A stretch of 64,000 bases of DNA from Bacteroidota bacterium (GTDB taxonomy: Bacteria; Bacteroidota; Ignavibacteria; UBA10030; UBA6906), in the NCBI GenBank assembly GCA_019637975.1, contig JAHBUR010000008.1, positions 77,169-141,168 of the forward strand, given 5' to 3'. Position 1 is the stretch's first letter; each line of letters starts with the position of its first letter. The notes under the pieces are model-generated. The model worked only from the letters and a program-made list of their open reading frames with translations, was not told the origin of the DNA and did no database searches. A program made the position numbers and the translations under genes. Shown piece by piece: positions 27,394 to 36,498 of the stretch.

Positions 27394-28260
27394 TTACTGC
27401 AAGTACTTCTCGAAAAACTCCGTAATGCGGCGGGTGTATTCTTCTCCTCCAACCTCCATCATATCATGGTGTCGGGCGCCGGGAATGAGCCACAGGTCTT
27501 TCGGCTCGTTCGCCGCGGCAAAGACTTTCTCGGAGTAGTTGTATTTGATGAGATTATCCTCCGTGCCGTGCAGCAGGAAAACCGGGACACGCATCTGCTT
27601 CACAGCATCGACGGGGGAAACATCGTTAGCCTTGAAATCAGCAAGAAACTCCGACCGCTTGATGACGATGTTACGAAGATAGTGCCACGGAAGCTTGATC
27701 ATCCGCCTTTGGTAATCATCGAACACCGTGCGAAGCGTTGCAAAGCCGCTTTCAGCGACAACGGCGTGCACGCGTGTGTCAATCGCCGCGAGTTGGATTG
27801 CCACCGCCGCCCCCATTGACCAGCCGAAGAGGCCAATCTTCCCGACACTCACATCATCCCTCGTGAACAGATAGTCGAGCGCATGCTGGACATCGAACTT
27901 CTCGTGATACCCGTATGTGCAGTACCTGCCGCCGCTTTCACCGTGGCGCCGCGAGTCGTACAGAAACACATTGTACCCGCGGTCGTGGAATTCCTTCGCC
28001 ATCGGCAGCCCGGCGATTTTGCTTTCGCTGACGCCATGGAGTATGACGATTGTTCCGCGTGCTTTCGACTCCGCCTTAATAAGCCAGCAACTCAGATCGA
28101 AGCCTTCTTTCGTTGTGAGATGAATATCTTCGTGGGGGAGATTGAGATCGGAGGGACGAAGGATATTGGCCCGTTCACGGTACCATTCGACGGTCCGCCG
28201 ATGAGGCTGAAGCAGCAGTACGGGGCCGATGACCAGCAGTACAAGCGAGACACCCGCCAT
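27394..28260 (-). CDS. membrane-anchored alpha/beta hydrolase
   Basis: GWSMG nucleophile elbow, HGVSESK oxyanion region, catalytic Asp/His near the C-terminus. Start taken at the ATG giving an N-terminal TM (MAGVSLVLLVIG). The longer ORF would overlap the divergent GT4 gene. Confidence 0.75.
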   Translation of the reverse strand: MAGVSLVLLVIGPVLLLQPHRRTVEWYRERANILRPSDLNLPHEDIHLTTKEGFDLSCWLIKAESKARGTIVILHGVSESKIAGLPMAKEFHDRGYNVFLYDSRRHGESGGRYCTYGYHEKFDVQHALDYLFTRDDVSVGKIGLFGWSMGAAVAIQLAAIDTRVHAVVAESGFATLRTVFDDYQRRMIKLPWHYLRNIVIKRSEFLADFKANDVSPVDAVKQMRVPVFLLHGTEDNLIKYNYSEKVFAAANEPKDLWLIPGARHHDMMEVGGEEYTRRITEFFEKYLQ

Positions 28261-28429
28261 AAACAGCACAACCAGAAGAATGAGCCCCAGCAGAATAGTC
28301 ACGCTCTGCGCAGTCCCTTTGCCAATGAATGAATTTTCATAAATATAGGTACAGGGTGAAACGGATGCAACAGAGATCGGTAACAGATGTCGGGTGAATA
28401 GGAGGGATTGTCTTCTTATATTGCAGAAC

Positions 28430-29575
28430 ATGAATACGGAATCCCGCATAAAGCCCCACATTGCCATCGTACACGAGTGGCTCACCGGCATGCGCGGCGG
28501 GGAAAAATGTGTTGAAGCACTCTGCGAGGTTTTTCCCGGCGCAACGGTGTTCACACTTGTTCACGTCAAAGGCTCCGTCTCGCCGACCATCGAAGCGATG
28601 CCGATCAGAACATCATTCATTCAGCATCTTCCTTTTGCGCAGAAGCGGTATCGACATTACCTGCCGCTTTTTCCGACCGCAATTGAGCGATTGGACCTCA
28701 GCGAATTCGACATCGTTATCTCATCCAATCACGCCGTGGCGAAGGGCGTCCGAACAAAACCCGAGACGCTTCACATCTGCTATTGCCACACGCCGATGCG
28801 GTATATCTGGAATTTGTATGATGAATATTTCGGAAAGAACTCGTCCCGACTTCTGACGCGAGCAGGCATGAAACTGTTCGTGAATTACCTTCGGAAATGG
28901 GATGTCCGGACGGCGACGAATCCGCATTTCTTCATCGCAAACTCGCGCAATGTTCAGCAACGCATCAATCGAATTTACAGAAGAGAAGCAGATGTGATTT
29001 ATCCCCCGGTTGATACATCTCTCTTTCAACTTTCTGAAATTCGAGGTGACTACTTTCTGATTGTCAGCGCATTCGTCCCGTACAAACGTCTTGATCTTGC
29101 AATCGAAGCATTCAACCGGACGGGCGAGAAACTCGTTATCATCGGCAGCGGGCCGGACGACGAGAAGCTGCGTTCAATGGCGAAACCGAACATCGAGTTT
29201 CCCGGCTGGCAGCCTGACGATGTACTCAGGAAACACTACGCTGAATGCAAGGCTCTTGTCTTTCCGGGAGAGGAGGATTTCGGCATCGTTCCGCTTGAAG
29301 CAATGGCATCAGGAAAGCCGGTAATTGCCTACGCCAAAGGGGGGGCTTTGGAAACGGTAATCGCTTCAAGCGAACTCAGGACAGGCGTTCTTTTCCACGA
29401 TCAAAGCGTGGAATCTCTTGTGGAAGCGATTCATAAGCTGAACACAGTTCATTTCTCTCCCCTAATGCTTCGGCGACACGCCCTCTCTTTCGACAGAGAA
29501 ATCTATAAGAAGAAGATGAGAGAGTACATTCTCGACCGCTGGAATTCCTTCAAACCCGAATCCCGCCAACCGTAA
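28430..29575 (+). CDS. GT4 family glycosyltransferase
   Basis: N-terminus PHIAIVHEWL. The E-X7-E motif region EEDFGIVPLEAMASGKPVIAYAKGGALETV is typical of GT-B family 4 enzymes. Confidence 0.85.
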   Translation: MNTESRIKPHIAIVHEWLTGMRGGEKCVEALCEVFPGATVFTLVHVKGSVSPTIEAMPIRTSFIQHLPFAQKRYRHYLPLFPTAIERLDLSEFDIVISSNHAVAKGVRTKPETLHICYCHTPMRYIWNLYDEYFGKNSSRLLTRAGMKLFVNYLRKWDVRTATNPHFFIANSRNVQQRINRIYRREADVIYPPVDTSLFQLSEIRGDYFLIVSAFVPYKRLDLAIEAFNRTGEKLVIIGSGPDDEKLRSMAKPNIEFPGWQPDDVLRKHYAECKALVFPGEEDFGIVPLEAMASGKPVIAYAKGGALETVIASSELRTGVLFHDQSVESLVEAIHKLNTVHFSPLMLRRHALSFDREIYKKKMREYILDRWNSFKPESRQP

Positions 29576-29604
29576 ATCTGTAAATGTGTTAGCGGAATTC
29601 GTCG

Positions 29605-29633
29605 TTGACATTCCGCCCTCTTTTCAGTATATT
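29605..29633 (+). promoter_or_regulatory. sigma70-type promoter (TTGACA-N17-TATATT) for the M23 peptidase/bactofilin/atp block
   Basis: TTGACA at 29605-29610, a 17-nt spacer, TATATT at 29628-29633. The ORF track's TTG 'start' at 29605 is the -35 hexamer itself. Confidence 0.5.
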
Positions 29634-29661
29634 TTCGAGCAAATTTTTCGCAGGTGGCGGC

Positions 29662-30534
29662 GTGCCTCTTCTGGGGAACAAACGTAGAAAGAAATCCCGG
29701 GCGTACGAAATTCTCCTCGTTCCCAAGGGAGACGGAAGCAGTCCGAGAAGCTTCAAAGCGGGTACGGCGAAATTTACATTTTGGGGGAGCGCGATAGTTG
29801 CAGTATTCTTCCTCGTTTTTCTCCTTGTGTTCCGTTTTACTCCTTTGGGTGTTCTCGTCGGCGTAACGCCGGTTGACGAAGCCCGAAAGCGCGCAGAGGA
29901 AGAAACCCGCGCCCGTATCGAATCGCTGGCCGAAGAAATCGGGATTCTGAAAGATTATAATACCCAGCTCCGCAAGGCATTGGGGGACAAGACTGAGACC
30001 GGCGGTTCTGCTCCGCAGCAAACAGAAACACAAACGGCTGTTGCGAATCAGCAGGAACAGATCGAGCAACAAAACCCTGAGGTCGCGAGCCCGGCCCGGA
30101 TACTGCAGACAGGAAGGACCGGACCGGAATCAGGCGGCGGCCTGAGAGCAAGTTTTCCTCTTCTCACGCCGGTTGAAGGAATCGTGACACAGAGGTTTAA
30201 TCCGGAAGGACGGCACTACGGAATTGACTTCGCCGCCAAACAAGGGACGCCCGTTTATGCGGCTGCTCACGGGTACGTGGTGTTTTCAAGCTGGACGTAC
30301 GAATATGGAAACGTCGTCATGCTCTCGCACGGCAACGGATACATGACAGTGTACAAGCACAACAGTTCGATCCTGAAAACAACAGGATCCGTTGTGCGGC
30401 GGGGCGAGCCGATCAGCCTCGTCGGCAATACAGGAGTTACGAGCACAGGACCTCATCTCCACTTTGAGGTGATTAAAGACGGGTTGCCGCAAGACCCGAT
30501 GGAGTTCTTGCTGGTAACACAGTCCGCTTTGTAG
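29662..30534 (+). CDS. M23 family metallopeptidase (LytM-like) with N-terminal membrane anchor
   Basis: HxxxD and HxH motifs (GRHYGIDFAA; SHGNGYMTVYKHN; TGPHLHFEV). No in-frame ATG precedes the domain. GTG at 29662 follows AGGTGG and lies downstream of the predicted promoter. Confidence 0.8.
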   Translation: MPLLGNKRRKKSRAYEILLVPKGDGSSPRSFKAGTAKFTFWGSAIVAVFFLVFLLVFRFTPLGVLVGVTPVDEARKRAEEETRARIESLAEEIGILKDYNTQLRKALGDKTETGGSAPQQTETQTAVANQQEQIEQQNPEVASPARILQTGRTGPESGGGLRASFPLLTPVEGIVTQRFNPEGRHYGIDFAAKQGTPVYAAAHGYVVFSSWTYEYGNVVMLSHGNGYMTVYKHNSSILKTTGSVVRRGEPISLVGNTGVTSTGPHLHFEVIKDGLPQDPMEFLLVTQSAL

Positions 30535-30578
30535 AAGCACATGTTGGACGGGGGGATAGAAGAAGAAAGGAGATACAC

Positions 30579-30953
30579 GTGGGCGACAAGCAACAGAACA
30601 CAGATCTGACGCTGATAGCGGCAAACACGACCTTCGAAGGCAAAATCAAAACCGAAGGGAGTATCCGCATCGACGGAAAGTTTATCGGTGATATCAACGC
30701 AAAGGCTAACGCCGCCGTCGGCCTTACCGGCCATATCGACGGAAGCTTGACAGCGCGCAACATCACTGTCGCAGGGAGAGTTACAGGTTCGGTGGTCGCA
30801 TCCGAGAAATTGGTCCTCGAAACGAAATCCGTGGTGCAGGGTGATGTCCGGGCAGTCAAGCTTGTCGTTGACGAGGGCGCAATGTTCGACGGTAAATGCG
30901 ACATGAAACAGGGCGTTGCGACCGGAACACCGGGGTTGCCGAAGAAAGATTGA
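30579..30953 (+). CDS. bactofilin (polymer-forming cytoskeletal protein, DUF583)
   Basis: Bactofilin beta-helix pattern (GKIKTEGSIRIDGKFIGDINA...LTARNITVAGRVTGSVVA...VQGDVRAVKLVVDEGAMFDG). GTG start 6 nt after AAAGGAGA. Confidence 0.8.
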   Translation: MGDKQQNTDLTLIAANTTFEGKIKTEGSIRIDGKFIGDINAKANAAVGLTGHIDGSLTARNITVAGRVTGSVVASEKLVLETKSVVQGDVRAVKLVVDEGAMFDGKCDMKQGVATGTPGLPKKD

Positions 30954-30958
30954 AAGGT

Positions 30959-31264
30959 GTGAGTACACCGCACAAGCCTGATGACGTCGGGAAGAATTCA
31001 CCCGGAAGCATCGGCAGAAATGTTGCAAAGGATTTTGGACCTTTCCTCACGCTTGGCCTGCAGTTGGCAATTTCCGTTGTTGTGTTTCTCTTCATCGGAT
31101 ATTGGTTGGACGGGAAGTTCGGAACGTCGCCGTGGTGTACCATCGGCGGGGCGTTTCTCGGAGCAGCGGGAGGGCTCATCAAGTTCATACGTGAAGCGCT
31201 TGCTTTAGGCAGAAAAGCAGATAATGCGCTTCGCAAACACGGAAACGAAAAGCGTGAGCATTGA
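30959..31264 (+). CDS. atpZ: AtpZ/AtpI-like small membrane protein (ATPase_gene1 family)
   Basis: Family pattern LGLQLAISVVVFLFIGYWLDGKFGTSPWCTIGGAFLGAAGGL. Sits immediately upstream of the atp operon. Start uncertain (GTG at 30959; the open frame begins at 30896 and overlaps the bactofilin gene end). Confidence 0.6.
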   Translation: MSTPHKPDDVGKNSPGSIGRNVAKDFGPFLTLGLQLAISVVVFLFIGYWLDGKFGTSPWCTIGGAFLGAAGGLIKFIREALALGRKADNALRKHGNEKREH

Positions 31265-31643
31265 CCGTCGGTTTCCCGTTCAGGTTGCAGTTACGTTTGC
31301 CGCCGGGCTTGTCGTTGCGGCGATTTTGCTCATATCGACCGGATCGCAAGGGGTAGTCGTGGCTGTAATTGCCGGAAGCGTGTTGAGCACACTGAATGCG
31401 CTCGCGGGATTTCTGGCAATCGAGTACTCGCTTCAGAAACCACACGAAACGTTCATGAAGGCGGTTCTTGGGGGAATGGGAATCCGCATGGTGGTGATGC
31501 TGGGCATGCTGGTCTTCTTGATCAAGGTTGTGAAGTTGCATACCGTTGCGCTGGTTGCATCCGTGCTGGGGTTCTACGTCATTTATCTCGTTCTGGAGTT
31601 GTTGTACATCCAGAAAAAAGTGTCACACAATAGTCAGGGCTGA
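31224..31643 (+). CDS. atpI: ATP synthase protein I-like membrane protein
   Basis: Four TM helices, 139 aa, directly upstream of atpB. Overlaps atpZ by 41 nt in another frame. Confidence 0.5.
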   Translation: MRFANTETKSVSIDRRFPVQVAVTFAAGLVVAAILLISTGSQGVVVAVIAGSVLSTLNALAGFLAIEYSLQKPHETFMKAVLGGMGIRMVVMLGMLVFLIKVVKLHTVALVASVLGFYVIYLVLELLYIQKKVSHNSQG

Positions 31644-31738
31644 ATTTGTACGCGTTCTTTCAGGCAGGTCAAGATACAACACACCACGCAGCGCAACAGG
31701 TTGCGGATACGGCACACGCCGCGGCAACCGACGGCAAG

Positions 31739-32581
31739 ATGTCGGTCTCCGAAATGTTTAAGTACTTGTTCGAGCACGTTCAGGATAGCAACCATCTCGA
31801 ACTCCCCTTTCTCGACATTCATCTTCCCCATTGGGCTCCGATTGAAATCGCCGGACTGACACTCGATCTTTCTCCTACAAAACATGTACTGTTCCTCTGG
31901 TTCGGGGCCGCGGCGCTGATTCTTCTGATGGCTCTCGCCGCCCGTGCCAACAAGAAAAACCGCGTGCCGAAGGGTTGGGGAAATGTTGTCGAAGTGTTCG
32001 TGAAATTCATCCGCGACGAGATCGTTATCCCGAACATGGGAATGGCGGGCATCCGCTACATGCCGTACGTTCTCACGACGTTTTTCTTCATTCTTCTGAT
32101 GAACTTGCTGGGCCTTGTACCGTACGGCGCCTCGGCAACCGGAAACATCAGTGTTACCGCAGGTCTCGCGGTTATTGCATTTGTCATGATTCAAGTATCA
32201 GCCATCCGGGCGCAAGGGTTCGGACATTACCTTGCTCACCTGACCGGGGGCGTGCCCGTATTTCTCTGGCCGATCATGATTCCCATCGAGATTCTCGGGC
32301 TGTTCACAAAGCCGTTTGCCCTCTGCATCCGTCTCTTCGCCAACATTACCGGCGGACATCTTGTGATTGTGTCGTTGTTCGGACTCATCTTCCTGTTCAA
32401 CTCGTGGGTCATTGGTGTCACAACGGCAGCCTTCGTCGTCGCCATCAACTTTCTCGAGTTGTTTGTTGCCTTCCTGCAGGCATACGTTTTCACGATGCTG
32501 ACCTGCATTTTCATGGGGCTCGGCATTCAGGCGGGCCACGGCGAGCATCACGGCGAAGCGGCAAACGAACACGGCCATTAA
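31739..32581 (+). CDS. atpB: F0F1 ATP synthase subunit a
   Basis: Conserved Arg-containing helix (LCIRLFANITGGHLV) and the typical 5-6 TM layout. Start at the internal ATG (MSVSEMFKYL); the open frame begins at 31646. Confidence 0.9.
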   Translation: MSVSEMFKYLFEHVQDSNHLELPFLDIHLPHWAPIEIAGLTLDLSPTKHVLFLWFGAAALILLMALAARANKKNRVPKGWGNVVEVFVKFIRDEIVIPNMGMAGIRYMPYVLTTFFFILLMNLLGLVPYGASATGNISVTAGLAVIAFVMIQVSAIRAQGFGHYLAHLTGGVPVFLWPIMIPIEILGLFTKPFALCIRLFANITGGHLVIVSLFGLIFLFNSWVIGVTTAAFVVAINFLELFVAFLQAYVFTMLTCIFMGLGIQAGHGEHHGEAANEHGH

Positions 32582-32640
32582 GAGACTCTATAACTGTACT
32601 AGAACATATTCATTCACTATCTACCATTAGGAGAAACACC

Positions 32641-32868
32641 ATGGAACATCTTGGTTGGGCATATCTTGCAGCGGGCATTGGCGCGGCACTCACGATTATC
32701 GGCGCAGGGCTCGGTATCGGTAAACTTGCTGCAGCAGCAATGGAAGCAAGCGGACGCCAGCCCGAAGCTGCCGGAGCCGTTCGTACATCCATGATTATTG
32801 CAGCAGCCCTCATCGAAGGAGCAACGTTCTTCGCTCTCGTTATTTGCATTCTACTCGCATTGAAGTAG
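32641..32868 (+). CDS. atpE: F0F1 ATP synthase subunit c
   Basis: 75-aa hairpin proteolipid with the ion-binding Glu in LIEGATFFALV. Confidence 0.9.
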   Translation: MEHLGWAYLAAGIGAALTIIGAGLGIGKLAAAAMEASGRQPEAAGAVRTSMIIAAALIEGATFFALVICILLALK

Positions 32869-32890
32869 TCATCCTTAAGAAGGGTTCATC

Positions 32891-33376
32891 ATGTTAGAAA
32901 TCAATCCGGGACTGATCTTCTGGACGATTGTCACGTTTCTTGCCATGTTGTTCATTCTGAGCAAAGTGGCGTGGAAACCGCTGCTTCATGCATTGACATC
33001 GCGTGAAGAACAAATCCGCACAGCATTGCTCGAAGCAGAAGAGGCGCAGGCCGAGGCAAAGAAGCTGCTTGAGGAAAACAGGCGCCAACTTGCACAGGCT
33101 GAGGCACACGCCCAGCAGGCGATGCGTGAGGGTCGCGAGATGGGCGAGCAGTTGAAAACGGAAATCGTGGAGAAGGCGCACGCGAGCGCACGCAACATGA
33201 TCGAGCAGGCGAAGGAGGAAATCCGTCGTGAGAAGGATTCTGCCCTCCAAGAGTTGCGCGGCGAAGTCGCCGATCTGGCAGTGACCGCCGCGGGCAAAAT
33301 CATTGACGCCAATCTTGACGTCAACAAACATCGTCAGCTTGTGGACGGTGTCATCAAAGACATCAGGCCGAGTTAA
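32891..33376 (+). CDS. atpF: F0F1 ATP synthase subunit b
   Basis: Single N-terminal TM followed by a long charged coiled coil (EEAQAEAKKLLEENRRQLAQAEAHAQQ). Confidence 0.85.
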   Translation: MLEINPGLIFWTIVTFLAMLFILSKVAWKPLLHALTSREEQIRTALLEAEEAQAEAKKLLEENRRQLAQAEAHAQQAMREGREMGEQLKTEIVEKAHASARNMIEQAKEEIRREKDSALQELRGEVADLAVTAAGKIIDANLDVNKHRQLVDGVIKDIRPS

Positions 33377-33381
33377 ACACC

Positions 33382-33933
33382 ATGAAGAACACCCGTGTAG
33401 CGCGGCGATACGCCCAAGCGTTGATGATGACGGCAGACTCGCCAAAAGCGATTGATGGAATTGCGGCGGATCTTGAACGCGTCAAGGCTGCGTTCGATGG
33501 ATCGCGTGAACTCCGCCTTTTCATAGATAGCCCCATCGTTTCGGCGGAAAAGAAGCTCGCCATTCTGCGCGAGCTTTTTTCCTCCCGCGTCGGCACTACG
33601 ACGATGTCGTTCATGGATTTGCTGGTTGAGAAGCAGCGTGAAGGATCGTTGTTGGAGATCATCGAGCAATTCAATGTATTGCGCGACGCAAAATACGGCA
33701 TTATCAATGTTGATGTTGCGTCGGCTGTCGGGATTTCCCCCCAGCAGGAAAAACATCTCTCCGAAAAACTTGAACAATACACGAAGAAGAAGGTGCGGGT
33801 TCGATTCTCCCTCGACAAAGCTTTGAGAGGCGGACTTGTTGTCAAGATTGGAGACACGGTTCTGGATTCGAGTATCAAAAGACAATTGGAGTTGATGCGG
33901 GAACAGTTTATTCACGGACATAGTTTGAATTAG
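33382..33933 (+). CDS. atpH: F0F1 ATP synthase subunit delta (OSCP)
   Basis: N-terminus RYAQALMMTA and C-terminal GGLVVKIGDTVLDSSIK, as in OSCP family proteins. Confidence 0.85.
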   Translation: MKNTRVARRYAQALMMTADSPKAIDGIAADLERVKAAFDGSRELRLFIDSPIVSAEKKLAILRELFSSRVGTTTMSFMDLLVEKQREGSLLEIIEQFNVLRDAKYGIINVDVASAVGISPQQEKHLSEKLEQYTKKKVRVRFSLDKALRGGLVVKIGDTVLDSSIKRQLELMREQFIHGHSLN

Positions 33934-33972
33934 AATTTCGAAGTTCACCACAGAATTGCGAAGGCATACATT

Positions 33973-35529
33973 ATGGCAGAAGTAAGACCGGAAGAAGTCT
34001 CGGCAATACTCAGGAAGCAGCTTGCAGGCTTCGAGAAAGAAACTGATGTGTACGAAGTCGGCACCGTGCTGCAAATCGGAGACGGCGTTGCGCGTGTGTA
34101 CGGACTCTCGAAGGCCGTCATGAGCGAGCTTGTCGAGTTTCCACACGGCGTGTTCGGCATGGTGCTGAATCTTGAAGAGGACAATGTTGGCTGTATTCTT
34201 TTCGGCGAAAGCAGCGAAATCAAAGAGGGTGATGTCGTAAAGCGGACCGGTCGTGTCGCTTCGATACCGGTCGGAGAGGGAATGCTTGGACGCGTTATCA
34301 ACTCTCTGGGGCAGCCGATTGACGATCGGGGTCCGATCAAAACAGACAAGTTGATGCATATGGAGCGCAAGGCGCTTGGCGTCATTGACCGCGCCCCCGT
34401 GAAAGAACCGCTGCAAACCGGCGTCAAAGCGGTTGACGGCATGATTCCCATCGGGCGAGGACAGCGTGAGTTGATTATCGGCGACCGGCAAACCGGGAAA
34501 ACCGCGATTGCGATCGACACCATCATAAATCAGAAGTTCACACACACCGAGCAGGCGAAGGAAATCGGCGTCAAGCCGGTGTATTGTATTTATGTGGCAG
34601 TCGGGCAGAAAAGTTCGACGGTTGCGCAGGTGGTCGACAAGCTCGAGCAGGAAGGGGCAATGACATATACGACGGTCATCGCAGCAACAGCTACCGACCC
34701 TGCGCCCATGCAGTTCATCGCTCCGTATTCCGGGGCAACGCTCGGGGAATTCTTTCGCGACAGCGGCCGTCACGCGCTTGTCGTGTATGACGATCTTTCA
34801 AAACAAGCACAGGCATACAGGCAGGTTTCGCTTCTGCTGCGCCGCCCCCCGGGGCGTGAAGCATATCCCGGTGATATCTTCTATCTTCACTCCCGTTTGC
34901 TCGAACGCGCGTCGAAGCTAAACGACTCGCTCGGCGGAGGCAGCTTAACCGCTCTTCCCGTTATCGAAACGCAGGCGGGCGACGTGTCGGCATACATTCC
35001 CACAAACGTCATCTCCATTACCGACGGCCAGATTTATCTCGAGCCGAACATGTTCAATGCGGGTATTCGTCCTGCTATTAATGTCGGTATCTCTGTGTCA
35101 CGCGTCGGTGGCAATGCACAAATCAAAGCCATGAAGAAAGTCGCCGGACGGTTGCGACTTGATCTCGCCCAATATCGCGAGCTTGAAGCGTTTGCCAAGT
35201 TCGGTTCCGATCTCGACAAAGCCACTATGCAACAACTCCGTCGGGGTTCACGTCTTGTCGAACTCCTGAAACAGGGACAATACGTGCCCATGGCCGTTGA
35301 GAAACAAGTTGTCTCCATTTACGCAGGAACGAACGGCTATCTCGACGAGATTCCTCTGGAACACGTTCAGCGCTACGAGAAGGAATTGCTGGAGGTGATG
35401 GAGTTGCGTCATGCCGATCTTCTTGCAGGGATTGCCGAAAAGAAGGATCTGACCGACGACATTGTCGCAAAATTGAAGGCTGTTCTTCAGGAGTTTACAA
35501 ACTCGTTCAAAGTGAGTGTGAAGGTATAA
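33973..35529 (+). CDS. atpA: F0F1 ATP synthase subunit alpha
   Basis: P-loop [15 protein letters not shown] and the alpha-subunit signature [41 protein letters not shown]. Confidence 0.95.
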   Translation: MAEVRPEEVSAILRKQLAGFEKETDVYEVGTVLQIGDGVARVYGLSKAVMSELVEFPHGVFGMVLNLEEDNVGCILFGESSEIKEGDVVKRTGRVASIPVGEGMLGRVINSLGQPIDDRGPIKTDKLMHMERKALGVIDRAPVKEPLQTGVKAVDGMIPIGRGQRELIIGDRQTGKTAIAIDTIINQKFTHTEQAKEIGVKPVYCIYVAVGQKSSTVAQVVDKLEQEGAMTYTTVIAATATDPAPMQFIAPYSGATLGEFFRDSGRHALVVYDDLSKQAQAYRQVSLLLRRPPGREAYPGDIFYLHSRLLERASKLNDSLGGGSLTALPVIETQAGDVSAYIPTNVISITDGQIYLEPNMFNAGIRPAINVGISVSRVGGNAQIKAMKKVAGRLRLDLAQYRELEAFAKFGSDLDKATMQQLRRGSRLVELLKQGQYVPMAVEKQVVSIYAGTNGYLDEIPLEHVQRYEKELLEVMELRHADLLAGIAEKKDLTDDIVAKLKAVLQEFTNSFKVSVKV

Positions 35530-36413
35530 TGGCAACGCTACGCGAGATACGCGGACGCATTGTCGGCGTCAAGAAAACGCAGAAGATCACCAAGGCAATG
35601 AAGATGGTCGCAGCAGCGAAATTCCGGCGCGCCCAGCGCAACGTTGTTCAGGCGCGGCCCTACGCTGCAAAAATGAAACAGTTGCTGAACCACCTTCACA
35701 CAAATCCCGAGGCTTCGTCACACCCGCTCATTCAGCCCCGGAACGTTAATGCGGTGGCATTGGTCATCGTCACGTCCGATCGGGGCTTTTGCGGCGCGTT
35801 CAATTCCAATCTCGTCAAAACCGCCGAGCGGCTCATCAACGCAAACTACAAGGCGCTGCATGAGCAGGGAAAGGTCAGACTCTTCTGCATCGGAAAGAAA
35901 GGGACCGACTATTTCTCCAAACGCGGACATTCCATTGCGGGCAAATACATCGGAGTGTACAGCAATCTTGTGTTCGGCGAAGCAAAAAAAATCGCAAGAG
36001 AGGTAATCGACGGTTACACGAAGGGCGAGTTCGACCGTGTCGATATCATCTGCAACGTCTTCAAATCCGCAGCACAGCAAACAACTGTGACCGAGCAATT
36101 CCTGCCGATTCCCGCGGGCGCGTTTGATGGAGATGGTGCTGATTTCGTTGACTATATCTACGAGCCTTCGGACACCGACATTGTCAATGCGTTGATTCCG
36201 AAACATCTGAACTTCCAGTTGTGGCGTCTGTTGCTCGAAAGCAATGCTGCCGAGGAAGGTGCACGCATGACTGCGATGGAGAACGCAACAACAAACGCGA
36301 ACGAACTGATCAGATATCTGCAACTCTCATACAACAAAGCACGGCAGGCTGCAATTACCAGCGAGTTGTTGGAGATTGTTGGAGGAGCGGAGGCGTTAAA
36401 GAAAGCGGGTTAA
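35529..36413 (+). CDS. atpG: F0F1 ATP synthase subunit gamma
   Basis: N-terminus [36 protein letters not shown] and C-terminal ITSELLEIVGGAEAL. Start overlaps the atpA stop. Confidence 0.9.
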   Translation: MATLREIRGRIVGVKKTQKITKAMKMVAAAKFRRAQRNVVQARPYAAKMKQLLNHLHTNPEASSHPLIQPRNVNAVALVIVTSDRGFCGAFNSNLVKTAERLINANYKALHEQGKVRLFCIGKKGTDYFSKRGHSIAGKYIGVYSNLVFGEAKKIAREVIDGYTKGEFDRVDIICNVFKSAAQQTTVTEQFLPIPAGAFDGDGADFVDYIYEPSDTDIVNALIPKHLNFQLWRLLLESNAAEEGARMTAMENATTNANELIRYLQLSYNKARQAAITSELLEIVGGAEALKKAG

Positions 36414-36436
36414 CAAGCGGTACCCGCAAAAGTAAA

Positions 36437-36476
36437 AACAGCCCATCCACTACGGAATGGGCTGTTCTATTTTTTG
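36437..36476. terminator. bidirectional rho-independent terminator shared by atpG (+) and ftsZ (-)
   Basis: AACAGCCCATCC-ACTAC-GGAATGGGCTGTT hairpin followed by CTATTTTTT on the plus strand. An A/T-rich run (TTTTTACTTTTG) flanks it on the minus strand. It sits between convergent stops. Confidence 0.7.
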
Positions 36477-36498
36477 ACTGAAGATTTTATCGAACCGG

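Noticed and set aside
28394-28429. GTG at 28394 as the GT4 glycosyltransferase start
   Set aside because: The ATG at 28430 gives the canonical GT4 N-terminus (...HIAIVHEW). The extra 12 codons have no support.
31975-32868. 297-aa ORF spanning atpB in an alternative frame
   Set aside because: Only its last 75 codons (32641-32868) correspond to a real protein, ATP synthase subunit c. The upstream part is a GC-driven open frame overlapping atpB.
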